The notes under the pieces are model-generated. The model saw only the letters and a program-made list of their open reading frames with translations, did not search any database and had not been told where the DNA came from. A DNA stretch of 64,000 bases from Eledone cirrhosa. Its lineage: Eukaryota. The DNA lies in contig OZ024741.1 in NCBI GenBank assembly GCA_964016885.1, positions 226,858,001 to 226,922,000 on the forward strand, written 5' to 3'. The position numbers and the translations under genes are program-made. This document shows, in pieces, positions 49,585 to 62,900 of this stretch (position 1 is the first letter of the stretch; every line of letters starts with the position of its first letter).

Positions 49585-49903
49585 CAGGGTTGTGCAACAT
49601 ATTCCATTGGCGGGCCACTTTTGAACATTGGAACAACTATTAGGGCCATTAATATGTATTAAGCATTATTCCAAAGATTCACCACAACCTCTTTCCATAA
49701 CATGGAACTGGGAAATTATGACACACATAACCCTATCAGTGAAGCCCTTTAGCATAGGTCAACTAACAGAAAATGGTATTACGGTTATGAAAAAAATTCT
49801 AAATAAGCCTACAAGGTAAAAATTAAAAACGGTCATCGTGGGCCACTCTGACTAATTTGGTGGGCCGGATTGTGGTCGGCGGGCCGCCTGTTGCACGCCG
49901 CTG
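49585..49903. mobile_element. hAT (Charlie-like) MITE
   Basis: TIRs cagggttgtgcaaca / tgttgcacgccgctg, 8-bp TSD ctctaaag/ctctatag, subterminal gggcc motifs. Confidence 0.82.
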
Positions 49904-50357
49904 CTCTATAGTGTGTGATTATTGCGCTATTCGTAGGTACGTATGAATTTAACTGCTGTAGCATAACGGATGCCGAGAGAAAATGATTATGCCAATGTGG
50001 AAATATAAAAGGTTGTATAAAACGTACGGTGAATTAGTGGTAACTGCTTTCGGCTCACAATCGAGAAGATCATGAGGTCGCTCCACGGTGGCGCGGTGTT
50101 TCCTTGAACAAGACACTTTATTTGACGTTGTTCAAGTCCACTCAGCTGGGAAAACCAAGTTGTACCTGTAATTGAAAAGGCTAGTCGTGTCATGCTGAAT
50201 CTCCCTGAGAAAATATTAAGCGTACATATGCCTCTGGAACACTCAGCCACTTGCACTTTAATTTCAGGAGCCAACTGTTCCGTTGACAGAGCAAGTAAGT
50301 TGATCTCTTCCCGTACATTGAAATATTGTATCACTCATTTTAACCATTTAAGAATGC

Positions 50358-50402
<45 letters not shown>

Positions 50403-50444
50403 TACAAATATTAATAAAATAGATGTTCTTTTGATCAATTAAAT

Positions 50445-50493
50445 TTTATTATACATATTTCAGAGGTACAACAGTATGTCCTCATCAGACAAA
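50445..50493 (-). ncRNA. Type I minimal hammerhead at a PLE-like end next to (TA)n
   Basis: tttgt-CTGATGA-ggacatac..gtacctct-GAAA-tatgta-TA-ataaa. Confidence 0.68.
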
Positions 50494-51494
50494 ATATAAT
50501 GATACATGACATACCCTGAGATGTTAAATGGTTAAGATGTAATCAAGGTAGTGATTAACCTAAGAGAAAACTCAACATTTGTACCCTAATAATGAGATAA
50601 TCCGAAAACGTAATAAATTCAATAGAGAATGTGTGAGTAAGAGAAACGTTGGTTAATGTAACAGTTATAGAGATTTTAAAATGTAGGATACTACAAGTTA
50701 TGGTTATCTAGGAAAACATCTCATGAATTATAACTGTCCATGAGGGCCGCTGAAAGAGGATTTAAAGAGAGTGCTTCCAATATACTGTAAAACCCATTCT
50801 TTGATGTACTCATTGAATCTTGTTTAACTCTTTAATATATATATATAATAGTAAAAAAAAAAAGAAAAACAACAGTTGAAAATGCTAAAGGGATTTTCTC
50901 TCAAAATAACAGCAAAACATTTATTTACAAAATAGAAATTTCCACATTATTCATACCGGTTTCAGCTTATAGGCTTCTTCATGCGATGGAAGTGTATAAT
51001 GCAATTAAATTGCATATTAATGAGAATATGGGAAAACCTTTTTTTACATACATATATATAGCGAAAAGTTTACATTTTTGTCTGTAGTTTTCTTTCTTTC
51101 TCTCTTGGTATTGACCTTAGCTCTGTCACCATTAATAGTGGAAGTAGCAGGGAAGAATCAGTTCGTTCTGTTTAAGCTATATAAAGAGAGAGAGGGGGAG
51201 AGTGAGAAAGAGAGAGAGGGGGGGGGAGAGTGAGAAAGAGAAAGAGAGATAGTGAGAGAGAGGTTGGTAGATAGATATATTTCTTTATTTACCATAAAGG
51301 CATAAAAAGAAGGGACAAATACAAAGGGGGAGTTTACATAAAACCGAGTAAAAAGGGTATAAAATGAAAATAATCGAAAACAACCTCAAAAGGGAGGGGA
51401 CGTGATGGGGGTTGCACACACCCCCGAAAAAGTGTGCAATCCTTTGCCCGGGGAGCACATGGAGAAGGTGCTCCCCTTTCCTTCACTTCTTTAC

Positions 51495-54400
51495 CTACAG
51501 GATGGTATACAGAGAAGGCCCATTTACACGAGCCATTCTCACCACTATCACCCACCTTTCATAAAACTGCCTGTGGCCAAGCACCTCTCTCTCCATTCTT
51601 ATCCTTCTTCCGAAGTGATATCGGAAGAAGTAGACCAGACTATGGCCAGAGAGGAAGTTGCCTGACCTCAGACCTTTCAATCGTGTCCACCAAACAACCT
51701 CTTTCAACATGGCTATTACGCACAGAAAAACCGCCTTTGCTTCCTTTGTGAAGAGGGGAGGCGGTTTGATTGTCATCACGGACTCGGCGGTCAATTGAAT
51801 CGGCGCCACCCGCGACAGCAGTCGTTCGGCGTAGCCCCACAGATCAGCCACGCCCGGACATTGCACCAATGCGTGCGCAACGGTTTCTTCGTGACGCACG
51901 CATCTAGGGCAAATCTTTTTTGAGGGATCCCTGCCCGGGCGCCCGTGTCTGTAGAGCCTCTCTTGAACGGGTAGAGCCCCCCGGTAGCACTGCCAGGCTA
52001 GTGACTTCTGGAAGTTGTCCATTGGTCCCGGGCCGAAAGTCCTACCGAACAGGCTGGCCAGTTCGTCCTCTTCCATGTCTAGCGACTCTCCAAGGGTGTC
52101 ATCGCCCCTGCTAGCCACCAGCCCTCTATAGAATGATGAGGTGGATTCTCCACCGATGGCCTGGCCCGCTTGCCAGAGAGCCCTGAGCGCCTGAGCACAC
52201 TCAGTGTGCCAGTCTCCCAGTTTTCCGGATCTTTGCTTGACCTAGGACTGCAGCTCGGTGAGCGAGACGAGTCTCGGAAAGGCTCGTTTCACGAACGGAG
52301 CCCACACCGGTTGACCAGTGAGGAATACCTGTAGGTGCCGTAGCCTTAATGCGTGCCTACGCATCATCAACCACGGCATCCCCAGCCCTCCTTTCGAAGG
52401 TTGTTGGCAGCAGATGGATCTTCTCACCATAGGAGGGCGCTTCTTCCAAAGAAATTGGAAGAGCATGCGTTCCATGGTGGTGAGTGTTTCCTTAGGGCAA
52501 GGCACGACAGTCAGGCGGTAGTAAGTGACGGACGCTATGTAAATGTTCGCCACCTCCGCCCGGCCTTTTAGGGACAGCTTACACTTGGCCCATTTCTGGG
52601 TTAGTGCAAACACCTTGTTCGTAACCTCGTCCCAGTTCTTTTCCACCTGGAGGTCCGGTCCAAACCAGACCCCAAGCAACTTTACCGGGCCCTCCGTCCA
52701 GTGTCCGACGACACCGTCGGGAGGCATCGGTCTGCCTCTCCACGTTCCGAGTTGCAGCCCGATGGATTTTTCCCGGTTCAGTTTCGCTCCTGACAACCTT
52801 TCGTAATCCTCCAGTAAGGTACCGATCGCCTCTATTTCCGAGTCGGTCGATACCATTACTGTTACGTCATCGGCGTAGGCCGACACCGCTTTGCTCAATC
52901 CTGGTTCCAGGGGGATACCCTGCAACAACTCCAACTTCCTCAGTAAAGGCTCGAGACTCAATACGTACAGAAGGGAGGAGAGAGGGCACCCCAGTCGAAT
53001 GGATCGTGTGATTTCGAACGGCTTCGAAAGGTAGCCGTTCACCTTGATCCTAGAACAGATGTGGTTGCTATGTAAGGCAGTGATCCAGCCTCTGAAAACA
53101 GGACCAAACCCAGCCGCCGCTAGCACCGCATCCAGGTAACCATGATCGACCCTATCGAAGGCCTTAGACTGATCCAAGTTGATCAGGGCCCCACCGAAGC
53201 CGGGTTTGTTGCCAACCATCTCTATGATGTATCGCATGAGGTGGAGGTTATCGTGAATGGACCTGGATGGGATAGCACATGTCTGCGCATCTCCCACCAG
53301 GCTACCCACGACAAGCGCCAACCTCTTTGCTAACACCTTGGCCAAAATCTTTAACTCTGTGTTTAGCAGGGTTATGGGCCGAAAATTATTTATACTATCC
53401 CCCTTGTTCTCGTCCTTCCTCACCAGCGTGACTACGCCCTTGGCTACAGAACAAGGAATTCTCCCGTTCTGCTGCCAATTGCAGTAGACCGCTTCGAGGA
53501 GTTCAGGGAAGAAGACCGGCATTGCTAAATAAAGTTCGTAAGGTATACCATCGAGACCTGGAGATTTGCGTCTGCTGCATTGGCTCAGCGCATTTCCGAT
53601 CTCATCAGCCGAGATTGGTCCCTCGCAGGACTCTGCCTCTTCGCTCGAGAGACGCGGCAGGCCGTCGAGGTATGGACCGAAATCCACGTCTCCGCCCGGA
53701 CCCTCGCCTCCCCCGAATAATCGGGCAAAGTGCCTTTGAAAGGCCTCGCACATCTGCTTAGGCTCCCGGATCACCCGTCCATCCTCGTCTTGCAACGACC
53801 GGATGGTGGATCGATTTCCACTCTTAGCTTCTGTCACGCGGGCCCAGCCAACGGCTTTGGCCCCCTCATTACCTAGAGCACGTATTTTACTTCGAATGAC
53901 GCAGCCTTCGTGCTTTGCATCGAAAAACTGGTTCAAGGCCGTCCTCGATGCCAGCACTCTGGCCACATCTTCGCTCTTGATTGCCTCTTCTAATTTACCT
54001 GTTAATTCTTTCTCGTTTCTATTCCTATCGGCAGCTAAGATCTTGCTATAACTTATTGATTCTGTTCTAATCTCTTTTTTGAGAGATGCCCACCATCGGT
54101 TGTAGACGATTGCACCCGTCAACCTCTCCTTAACTAATCTGCTAATCCGGTTTCTGTAAGTCTCTTTTGCCGGTAAAGACAAATTAAGTTTCCAGTAACC
54201 GGGACCCTGTTTATGTGTTTTCTCGAGATTGACTACGCAGGTCACTAATTTGTGATCCGTATAGCCAACCGTGCGCATTTCTGGACAGCTTAATATGTCC
54301 CTATCCTTACTTCTAACTAAGAATCTATCTAAGTACGATCTAGATTGACCACTGTGGTTTCTCCAAGTCCAGGTAGGCACAGTTGGAAAATCTAGTCAAT

Positions 54401-54927
54401 ATCTATCGACCAAGTTAAAACGGTCGAGTAACCCCTTGAGGCTGTTACACCCCCCTCTATTAGGACATGCTCTTGCATAGTCCCAACGTACATCTAGGAT
54501 GTCATTCCAATCCCCCGCTAGAAGCAGGGAACGCGACGTTCCCAGAAAAGTCTCCAAACGCTGGAAGAAGTCGGGCCGTTCAGCTCCGAAAGGGGAGTAG
54601 ACGGCGACCAGTCTCAAGGCCGCACCTTCACTACTGCCAACGTCTAGCACCAACAAACGACCCTCCGGGTCCGAGTGAACAACTTGTACGGCAAGACCCA
54701 GGTGTTTTTGCAGCAGTACGACAACCCCACCCCCACCTCCAGGTTGACAGAGAGATGCATGCACCTCAAAGTCATCGAAGGTAGGGGCCAGCTGCCGCAC
54801 GACGCTGATCCGAGTCTCACAGATAACCATTACATTTATACCACATGACCTGAGGTCATTTAGAAGCTTTGCTTGCTTCCATGTTGAGGCCACGTGCATT
54901 CAAACATCCTACTCTTAACACATCCAT
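51495..54927 (-). pseudogene. LINE ORF2 (APE endonuclease, RT, zf-RVT)
   Basis: MDVLRVGCLNARG, CET, AGDWN, SYLDRF, TDHK, KSPGLDG, FRPITLLN, DQSKAFD, GCPLS, YADD and CPRC..ETVAHAL..C motifs, with a frameshift near 54890 and stops at 54396 and 52242. Confidence 0.92.
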
Positions 54928-54960
54928 GTGGGCGGCAGAGCCAAAGGAGAGTGTAGAGAC

Positions 54961-56681
54961 CTACCTTTCTGCTTCCCGGGGTTCGGGTCGCACGACTTCC
55001 ATGGGGTCGGGGGTGTTAGGTGAAGGGGTGTCTTGTGGTGGTGTGGGGTCGTCAGTGTGTGGTGGGGTTGGGGTGTTTGGAGTTGTGTTGGGGAGGGGAA
55101 GGGGAGGGGGAAAGCTTTTTAGTAGGACGCGGTTTATGGGTTTGACAGAGGGTGGTCCTACGTCCTCCTTAAAATCCTTTTTTAGTTTTTGGTAGAGGTT
55201 CATTGGGATCTTTATTAATTTTAAATGTGGGTAGTTTTCTGAAGAAACAAAGTTTACACCTTCGGTTTGTACCGAAGGATTATTGTATATGAGTTCATTT
55301 AATTTATTATTGTTTCTGTTGATGTAAGTATAGTGTAATGTCTTTTTTTCGGATGGTGTGAGTGTTTCGAAGAGGGGAGGGGCAGGTTTGGTTTTGTTTG
55401 TTGCTGGAGGGGTGTTTTGAGTTTTGTTGGATTGTGTTGACATTTGGGTGGGGGTTGTTTGGCCTTGTGTATTTTGCACATGTTTTCTTTTTTTCCTTTT
55501 AATCTGTCTGAAGGACTCCGTTTCTTCCTCCGAATTCGTTGGGTTATCTTCAGTGTTGGAGGGAAGAGGTATGTTTGCTGGTAATGTTTCCGTGTTGGTT
55601 TTCTTTGTGGGGGAGATGGATGTCACTATGTTAGACTGTGTTGTGTGTTGTGTCTGCGGTGGTTGTGTTGTTTTATTGAGTGAGGGGTTGGGTGGGCCTG
55701 TATTTTGTTTTGGGGTAATGTGTTGTGACTGTTTGTGTTGTGGTGGTGGTGTAGTTTTACTGAGGGACGGGTTGGGTGGGACTGAGTTTTGTTGTTTGTT
55801 TATCTGTTGTGGCGGTGGTGGTGGTGGAGCTGGTGTTGGTAGCAGGGTTTTCTTTTTGTTGAGTTGGGGACAAGCGGCCTTCAGGTCCCCTCCACGCTAA
55901 TGTTTATATACCCGTGGTCCTCTAATAGGATTCTGTCGGGTATTTGGGCGATGCGTTCAGGCTTCATTTGCACTACAAGCTCTATACCTGTTCCACTGAA
56001 CGCATTGCCTGTGGTTTTCCCAATGGAAATCACGTTGTCATTCACTGGATCGATGAAGCCAGCTATGAGCCAGCAGTAGTCCACATCTGGCATCATTGCA
56101 TCCAGCCATATGCGTTGAGTTCTTTTCCCCATATAAGATGGATAAAAGGTAAAAATTTTCGAACGAATCGGTGACAAAGCACATTTTTTTGCCGCCGATT
56201 CGTTCTTCATAATAATCGCTAGGCTTCCATACAGTCTGTCTTTTCTTATGAAAGTGGTTTCATTAAGTACTTCTGTAAGTACTGTTTTGATATCTGTTTG
56301 AGTTGGCTGTTCAGGTTTTTTAGAAGTGTTGTTGATGGTGCGGAACACGACCGTTCGACTTTCAATGTCTTTGGTGAGTTCTTGAGGCATTTTTACCGAT
56401 AAAATACCATTCTCTCCTTCACTTATGTATTGTTTGGCGTCTGTGATTCTTTGTGTCACATCTGAAATATTTTCAGGTATATATGTCAAAGATTTCTTTG
56501 TTGTTTGTGCAAATGAAATCTTGTTGGTGTTGACTTTGTCGTCTGCTTTGCTTTCTGTTATGATGTTGTTTTCAAATGTTATTTTTGTGTTTGTTGTGTC
56601 TGTTTTTGTGGTATTAATATTGTCATGCAATTTTTCAAATTTATTTTTTTCGTTGTTGGAATCCATTTGTGTTTTCGTCAT
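54961..56681 (-). pseudogene. LINE ORF1 (frameshifted, zinc knuckle apparently partly deleted)
   Basis: ORFs 55881-56681 and 54961-55626 upstream of ORF2, remnant GDLKAACP, Pro/Thr-rich C-terminal half. Confidence 0.7.
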
Positions 56682-57881
56682 TTTTCTCCGCAGATTCGTC
56701 TGTTTTTATTTTATTTTTTCCTTCCTTCTCTATGACGTTAGTTGGGAAGGAAGGGGGGACTAAAGCGTGCGAGCTTACAACTCTTACCGCTGTCCCCCCA
56801 CCACTATTTTCGTTAGCTTCGTTTAACATTTCTGTCAGACGATTGAAATTTTTTTTGCCACAAAATTTTTTTAAAACAGGTTTTTCACCCCTAGGAGGGG
56901 TAAAGATGAGCTGACCCACCGCCTGACAGTTCAGACGGAGGGTCAAGCTACACAATAGTATCAAAATTAAATTTGAACTTACAAAATTTCCGCAATAAAT
57001 TTGAACAAAACTTCTGCGCGAAGTGAATTACATCTACGCTGTAGAACAGACGACAGCTAGATTAAGTTGGTAGGTAGATGGTTGCATGTATATGTGTACA
57101 CATATGTATATGTGTATACGTTCATATTAAATTGCTAATACTTTAGTCGTAAGAGACTCTCAGAAGAGCTAAACAGCAGGTCTTCAGAAAAAAACCTCCC
57201 CAAGAGAATGTTTCAGCCCTTAACTTCTCGCACTCTAAAGGATCCAAGTCGCATCCAAGTCATGGCGCCTGTAGGGTGCCCTTCTGCTGACATTTAACCA
57301 TTTGGATATCGGAGACTTGTGTATTAATTCTTTCGTTATACTCTCACACATTTTCACTTCCTTATAGTATCAATCTGCCAGTCTATCACTCTACATTGTG
57401 AATTACTAATTAACGCCAGGATTTTCGGCTTATTTAATATATATTTTAATTTCTAACTTGCTTCTAGATATTTCTCGACAGTTTTCTGAAATATTTTTTT
57501 TTTTATTTGTGAAGGTTTACCAATACTCTTTGAGATGTTACACTTTATCTTATTTGATTACTTAGCCTCTATTATATCATTTAGTTTTATTCTTTTGCTT
57601 ATTCTTAGAGTTTGTAAGTATATATCCATAATAACAAGTACTTTCTGCCGTCAGCTGCGAACTTAAGAGATTTTCCCTTCTACCTGGATTTGTTTTACTT
57701 TAATGACGTCATGACCTGGTTCAAATTTCCTCACATCAGTTTCTTACCCCACCTACTCCTTTTCTAATAACTCTTCTCCTTTATTCCATATTCTCTTCCT
57801 CATCATATATATATATATATGTGTGTATGTGTGTGTGTGTATATATATATATGTATGTATGTATATATATATATATATATA

Positions 57882-58835
57882 TATACATTATGAAGAGAGA
57901 AGAAACATTTAGATATAATTGGTAATAAAATGTATCATACCTAAACTGCTCCTAAATTCCTCGACTACGTAGTTTCGTGGCATAAACAAAAACAATATAT
58001 CAAAGATATAGAGTCCTTGCGAGGTCTGCCAACTTATCAAGAGGATACCTCATTTTACTAGTCTCAAGAACGCGTCTACACGACGTGAGAAAGAATCCCA
58101 AAAGGCGGAGGGGGAGATAGTCACGCGGTATAACGGTCGAGAAACAGAGCTAAGCCTCTTATAACCACGAAGAAAATACCACGGAGGCGGAGGGGGTATT
58201 CATATCGAGGCCGTAGAAGAGGTAGTGAAGAAGGCGAGAAGTACGAGTAATGGAAGCTTTCCAGTTGTCCCCACACTTCAAAGATTGCTCGACCAGAGGG
58301 AGTTATTAATATATTTAGAAACACACAGATACATGCGGACACACACATATATACATGAATGTATCCGCACCCAACTGCGAGTTAAGGGTGCCAACTTCAC
58401 CGATGTTGCTCAATGAATGACTGGGACAGACCAATTCAGTTTGAACCAGACTGAACCAGTATCAGAGTTAAAAATACATTATGAAGAGAGAAGAAACATT
58501 TAGATATAATTGGTAATAAAATGTATCATACCTAAACTGCTCCTAAATTCCTCGACTACGTAGTTTCGTGGCATAAACAAAAACAATATATCAAAGATAT
58601 AGAGTCCTTGCGAGGTCTGCCAACTTATCAAGAGGATACCTCATTTTACTAGTCTCAAGAACGCGTCTACACGACGTGAGAAAGAATCCCAAAAGGCGGA
58701 GGGGGAGATAGTCACGCGATATAACGGTCGAGAAACAGAGCTAAGCCTCTTATAACCACGAAGAAAATACCACGGAGGCGGAGGGGGTATTCATATCGAG
58801 GCCGTAGAAGAGGTAGTGAAGAAGGCGAGAAGTAC

Positions 58836-58838
<3 letters not shown>
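57882..58838 (-). mobile_element. Retrozyme-like non-coding tandem element (591-nt period)
   Basis: About 365-bp near-identical direct repeats (57882-58247, 58473-58837), each with an HHR, (TA)n flanks. Confidence 0.8.
57958..58045 (-). ncRNA. Type I hammerhead with U3-A8 core (identical copy 58549-58636)
   Basis: tcctc-TTGATAA-gttggca...tgccac-GAAA-ctacgtag-TC-gagga. Confidence 0.82.
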
Positions 58839-58931
<93 letters not shown>

Positions 58932-58992
58932 TGTATGTATGTATATATATATGTATGTATATATATATACATACATACATACATGTACATAT

Positions 58993-59560
58993 GTCAGGTC
59001 ACCAGTTGGTGCTACTGGTAACATGTATCCCAGTACAACCTGTCTCATGGTCGGGTCGTTGGCGACTAAACTGGCAACCCCACCAAGGTTTCTTGGTGAA
59101 AAGGGTGACTTTGGACATCCTGCAGGACTAAAAACAAAACCTGTCAAAGGGCAAAGGAGCCCTTAAGAGTCAATGGCCATCCAAAATCACTGGGAGAGAT
59201 GACCCCTTAGCCTTTGTCAAGACAGAATTCTAGAAGAAGGAAAACTCTGATATAACACCTGCAACCCTGATGGTATCCAATGATGTTGACTTGTTCTTCT
59301 TTTTGGTAAATATCATCTTGGTTAAGAGAGTGGGACTGGCTTTGTGCAGTGCCTTTGCTCACTATAAAAGCTTCACGGCACAGGCATAGCTTTATATCTG
59401 GAGATCTCTCTGTACTGGTCGTCACATGGTAGTGTTTGTACCATAGTTTTCAAGTCGCTGGCTGGACTAAAAAGTCACACTCGTTCAGCGCATCGGTAGG
59501 GGTCCTCCTACATGGATATAAAGTAGTGGCCGTACTCGAAAACGAGTTGGCAGCCACCAT
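58993..59560 (+). mobile_element. Internally deleted non-autonomous RTE-like element
   Basis: RTE-like 5' UTR, C-terminal C2H2 remnant [16 protein letters not shown], 3' end gcagccaccat-(gtat) resembling the end of the RTE at 4500-4510. Confidence 0.6.
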
Positions 59561-59579
59561 GTATGTATATATATATATG

Positions 59580-59682
<103 letters not shown>

Positions 59683-59686
59683 GTAA

Positions 59687-59749
<63 letters not shown>

Positions 59750-59864
59750 ATTTATATATATATGTATGTATATATATATATATGTATGTATATGTATATA
59801 TATGTATATATATGTATGTATGTATATATATATGTATGTATGAATATATATATGTATGTATGTG

Positions 59865-59902
<38 letters not shown>

Positions 59903-59916
59903 TGTATATATATATG

Positions 59917-59995
<79 letters not shown>

Positions 59996-59999
<4 letters not shown>

Positions 60000-62900
60000 C
60001 AAAAACAAAGAGCTCTTACATCATCAATTAATCTTTATTTGCTGACAGTGTTTCGTCCTTGCATAATTGCAGGACTCATCAGAATGTTATAAAGAGGAAT
60101 TAGATCAATAGTATAAACTCTACCGACCTATATCACAAGAACGATCCATATGTAGCACAGAGGACTAAGAAGAGTGGGGTACTTGGACGACGCGTCACCG
60201 CTAGAAGCCGATACATATAAGACCAAAATCAGTTACAATAATTAAAGATAAGGAAAAATAAAAGATAAGGAAATTAAAGATAAGAGATAAAACGTAAAGG
60301 GTAGAGTCTAGAAGTAAGGATGAAATAAAGATAACAATAAAGTGATGATAATATAAGAAAATATAAAAAAATTATAAAAAATAATAAAAATGAGAATAAA
60401 ATATGAGAATAAAAATAGGTGATAAAAATAAAGATAAAAATAAAAATGAAACATAAAAGATAACACATTATATAAGCAATGCAAATAAATGCAAATAAAT
60501 GTAGTTGTAGACAGTAAAGGATTTCAGAGGTGACAGTTTAAGAATAATATCAACTAAAGTGAATGATGTAGGCAGAGTCAGATATAGCGGGAGCCAGATA
60601 AAGCGATCATATAGTGGAATTCCATGTATCCATCACAGTATGGCAACAAGTGTTAGAGGTGGCGTTCAAATGCAATTTATCTGTGGTTCACAGAACATAT
60701 AGGTCGCTAAAGCAAAGCGTAGTGGAAGCAGGTGAAAGCAATCATCATGGATATCAGTAGAATATAACGTTTGCGCGCGTGTGTGTGTAAGTCTACATAG
60801 ACCTACGTACACACGCATACACACATATATATATACATACATGTATCTACGTGTTCCATTCGTCCGTGTTACCCCTTACGATTACAATACCATCCACTCC
60901 AGCCCCATGTTGGGATCAATACCTCCGCATCATAGCTGTGGGGTTGTGAATCCATGCAATCCTAAGTTTCCCAGCATACCACGTGGTGTAACGAATGATT
61001 TAAATTATCCAAGTCATATAAGATGTAATTATACATATCGAGCTGTAAGGTACATTCGGCGCATCCACAGTATCGCTTATTATATTACAACCTGGTACAA
61101 TGGTAATCCAATATGTTCTAATTTAATTAATTAAATCAAATCAATTGACCGCTTAATTCCAGTGTTTACAGCGATCCAGCGCTTCTGTGTTCTTCACTTT
61201 GCCCACATTCAATGATCAACACTCAGAATATGATGACGTAGTAAACATTTCGAGTGGACATCATAACGCTCCTAGCAGGCCGGCCATTACCTTGGGGGAA
61301 GGATAAGGGAGGTCAGCCTGGCCGTCTATTTACGAAGATACAGATTAAATCATTCTGCGATAGGGGGGACAACTCTAGATTGTACCCATTTTGACCAAAC
61401 CCGCCAGAGACAATCAACGCAATAACAAATACACCCCCCCCCCCCCGGTATGAGTTGTTTACCCACACTGAGGCCGGTTATGGCATCAAAGTCGGGTTCA
61501 CTCATAGCACGAGACAGTAATAATCACTAGAGTCTGCTATGGGAGCAATCCTTTTGAGACCCATATATATACCACTGTTGTTAGCAGTATTCCTACGTTA
61601 ATTGATCTCTATGAACGCAGGGTGATCTTACCACGTTAAAATGTACCATTCCTCAAATTCCAGGTCAAATCCAGCGAGATCGAAGTTGGGGTCCCCTTCA
61701 TACTAGTTTAGTGCGGGTACATTAAGGGGTATGCAAGTTGAAGAGATAAATGAGTCCTAAAGAAAAAGATAAATGAGTGCTAAAGAAAAAGAAAAATAAC
61801 CTAAGTTAAGAACGGCTTATCTAGATACTCGGGTTAAAATAGAAGAAAAAACTTAGGATTATGTGCGGACAGGAGGAAAAGATCTCAGATTTCCTATTGA
61901 GCAGGTTTTGTCTGGAGTAAACTATGGCGTGATTCCAGAAGGCACAGGTTACACATTTTGCTCGGTGGGCGATAAGGTGCAGACTTGGATACCTGTCTGC
62001 AATTAAGAGTATAGGAGGTGCCGGCTTTTTTTTAAACGGAAATATAGCCTACCAAGGAGGTTGTATTCTTAAGCCTATCATGCCTAAAAGTGCTTCTATG
62101 TGAGTTATATCTCGTTTTAAACGAGGTGGATGTTGAGCCAATGTAGGTTTTGGTAGAGGTAGGTGTTGTGATGTCATAAGCGTAGACTATATTTTTCATG
62201 AGGCAGTAGCTCCTGAGAGGGCAGCTATCTCTCCGCCTACAATTACAGTTGCGGGTTGTGTCATTCAACATGCGTCGTGACGAGTGGCTGTTTGCATTAT
62301 CCCGAAGCATTACTTGTGTATTTGGTGGGTCACTACCTCCACCAGGCAACCCATTTCCCATTGGGTTAGGTGGTTGGTGGTTATTTGCAGATCTGATGGT
62401 CTCAAAACCTTCCCTAATTTTCCTATTATTGTGCGTGCTAAGTGTGAGGCTAGATTAGGTGTAGTAGAATAGGATAATTTAATTGTATTTTTATTAATAA
62501 TACTGTGATATCTACTGCCTGGCGGGAAGTTCTTTTCTAGTATCGAGAAGAATATTCTAGGAAGGTTGGTAAGGACTTTGGAGTTATAAGGTGGGTTGAA
62601 ATAAGTGTTTTGCCTTCTTCTATTTTTCCTATTTCTCTTATTTAGAGGGTTATTACTGTTAGGATTTACTTGATGCGGCTGTGCTGCGTTATTTAGCTTA
62701 CTACCAGTGTCATTGTCGTTTCCATTTCCTTGGTTTCTATCTTTAACTCCAATCACGCCGTTATTAGTATTACTGCCATTGGTATTGGGCAGGTTGTTGG
62801 TGTGCCTATATGGCTTTGGTCGGGCTGGATTATTTACGGTGTGATTCTTACTCCTATGCTTATTTCTATTACGGTTATTATTTATAGACATATTGTATGT

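Larger units (their letters stand above)
51281..57057 (-). mobile_element. L1/Tx1-group LINE, near full length, inactivated
   Basis: 5' UTR, ORF1, APE-RT-zinc-finger ORF2 and 3' UTR with aataaa. Confidence 0.92.

Noticed and set aside
51272-57080. gttggtagrtagat on both sides of the L1/Tx1 element as a TSD
   Set aside because: Not flush with both element ends and lies in simple-repeat DNA, so it cannot be confirmed.
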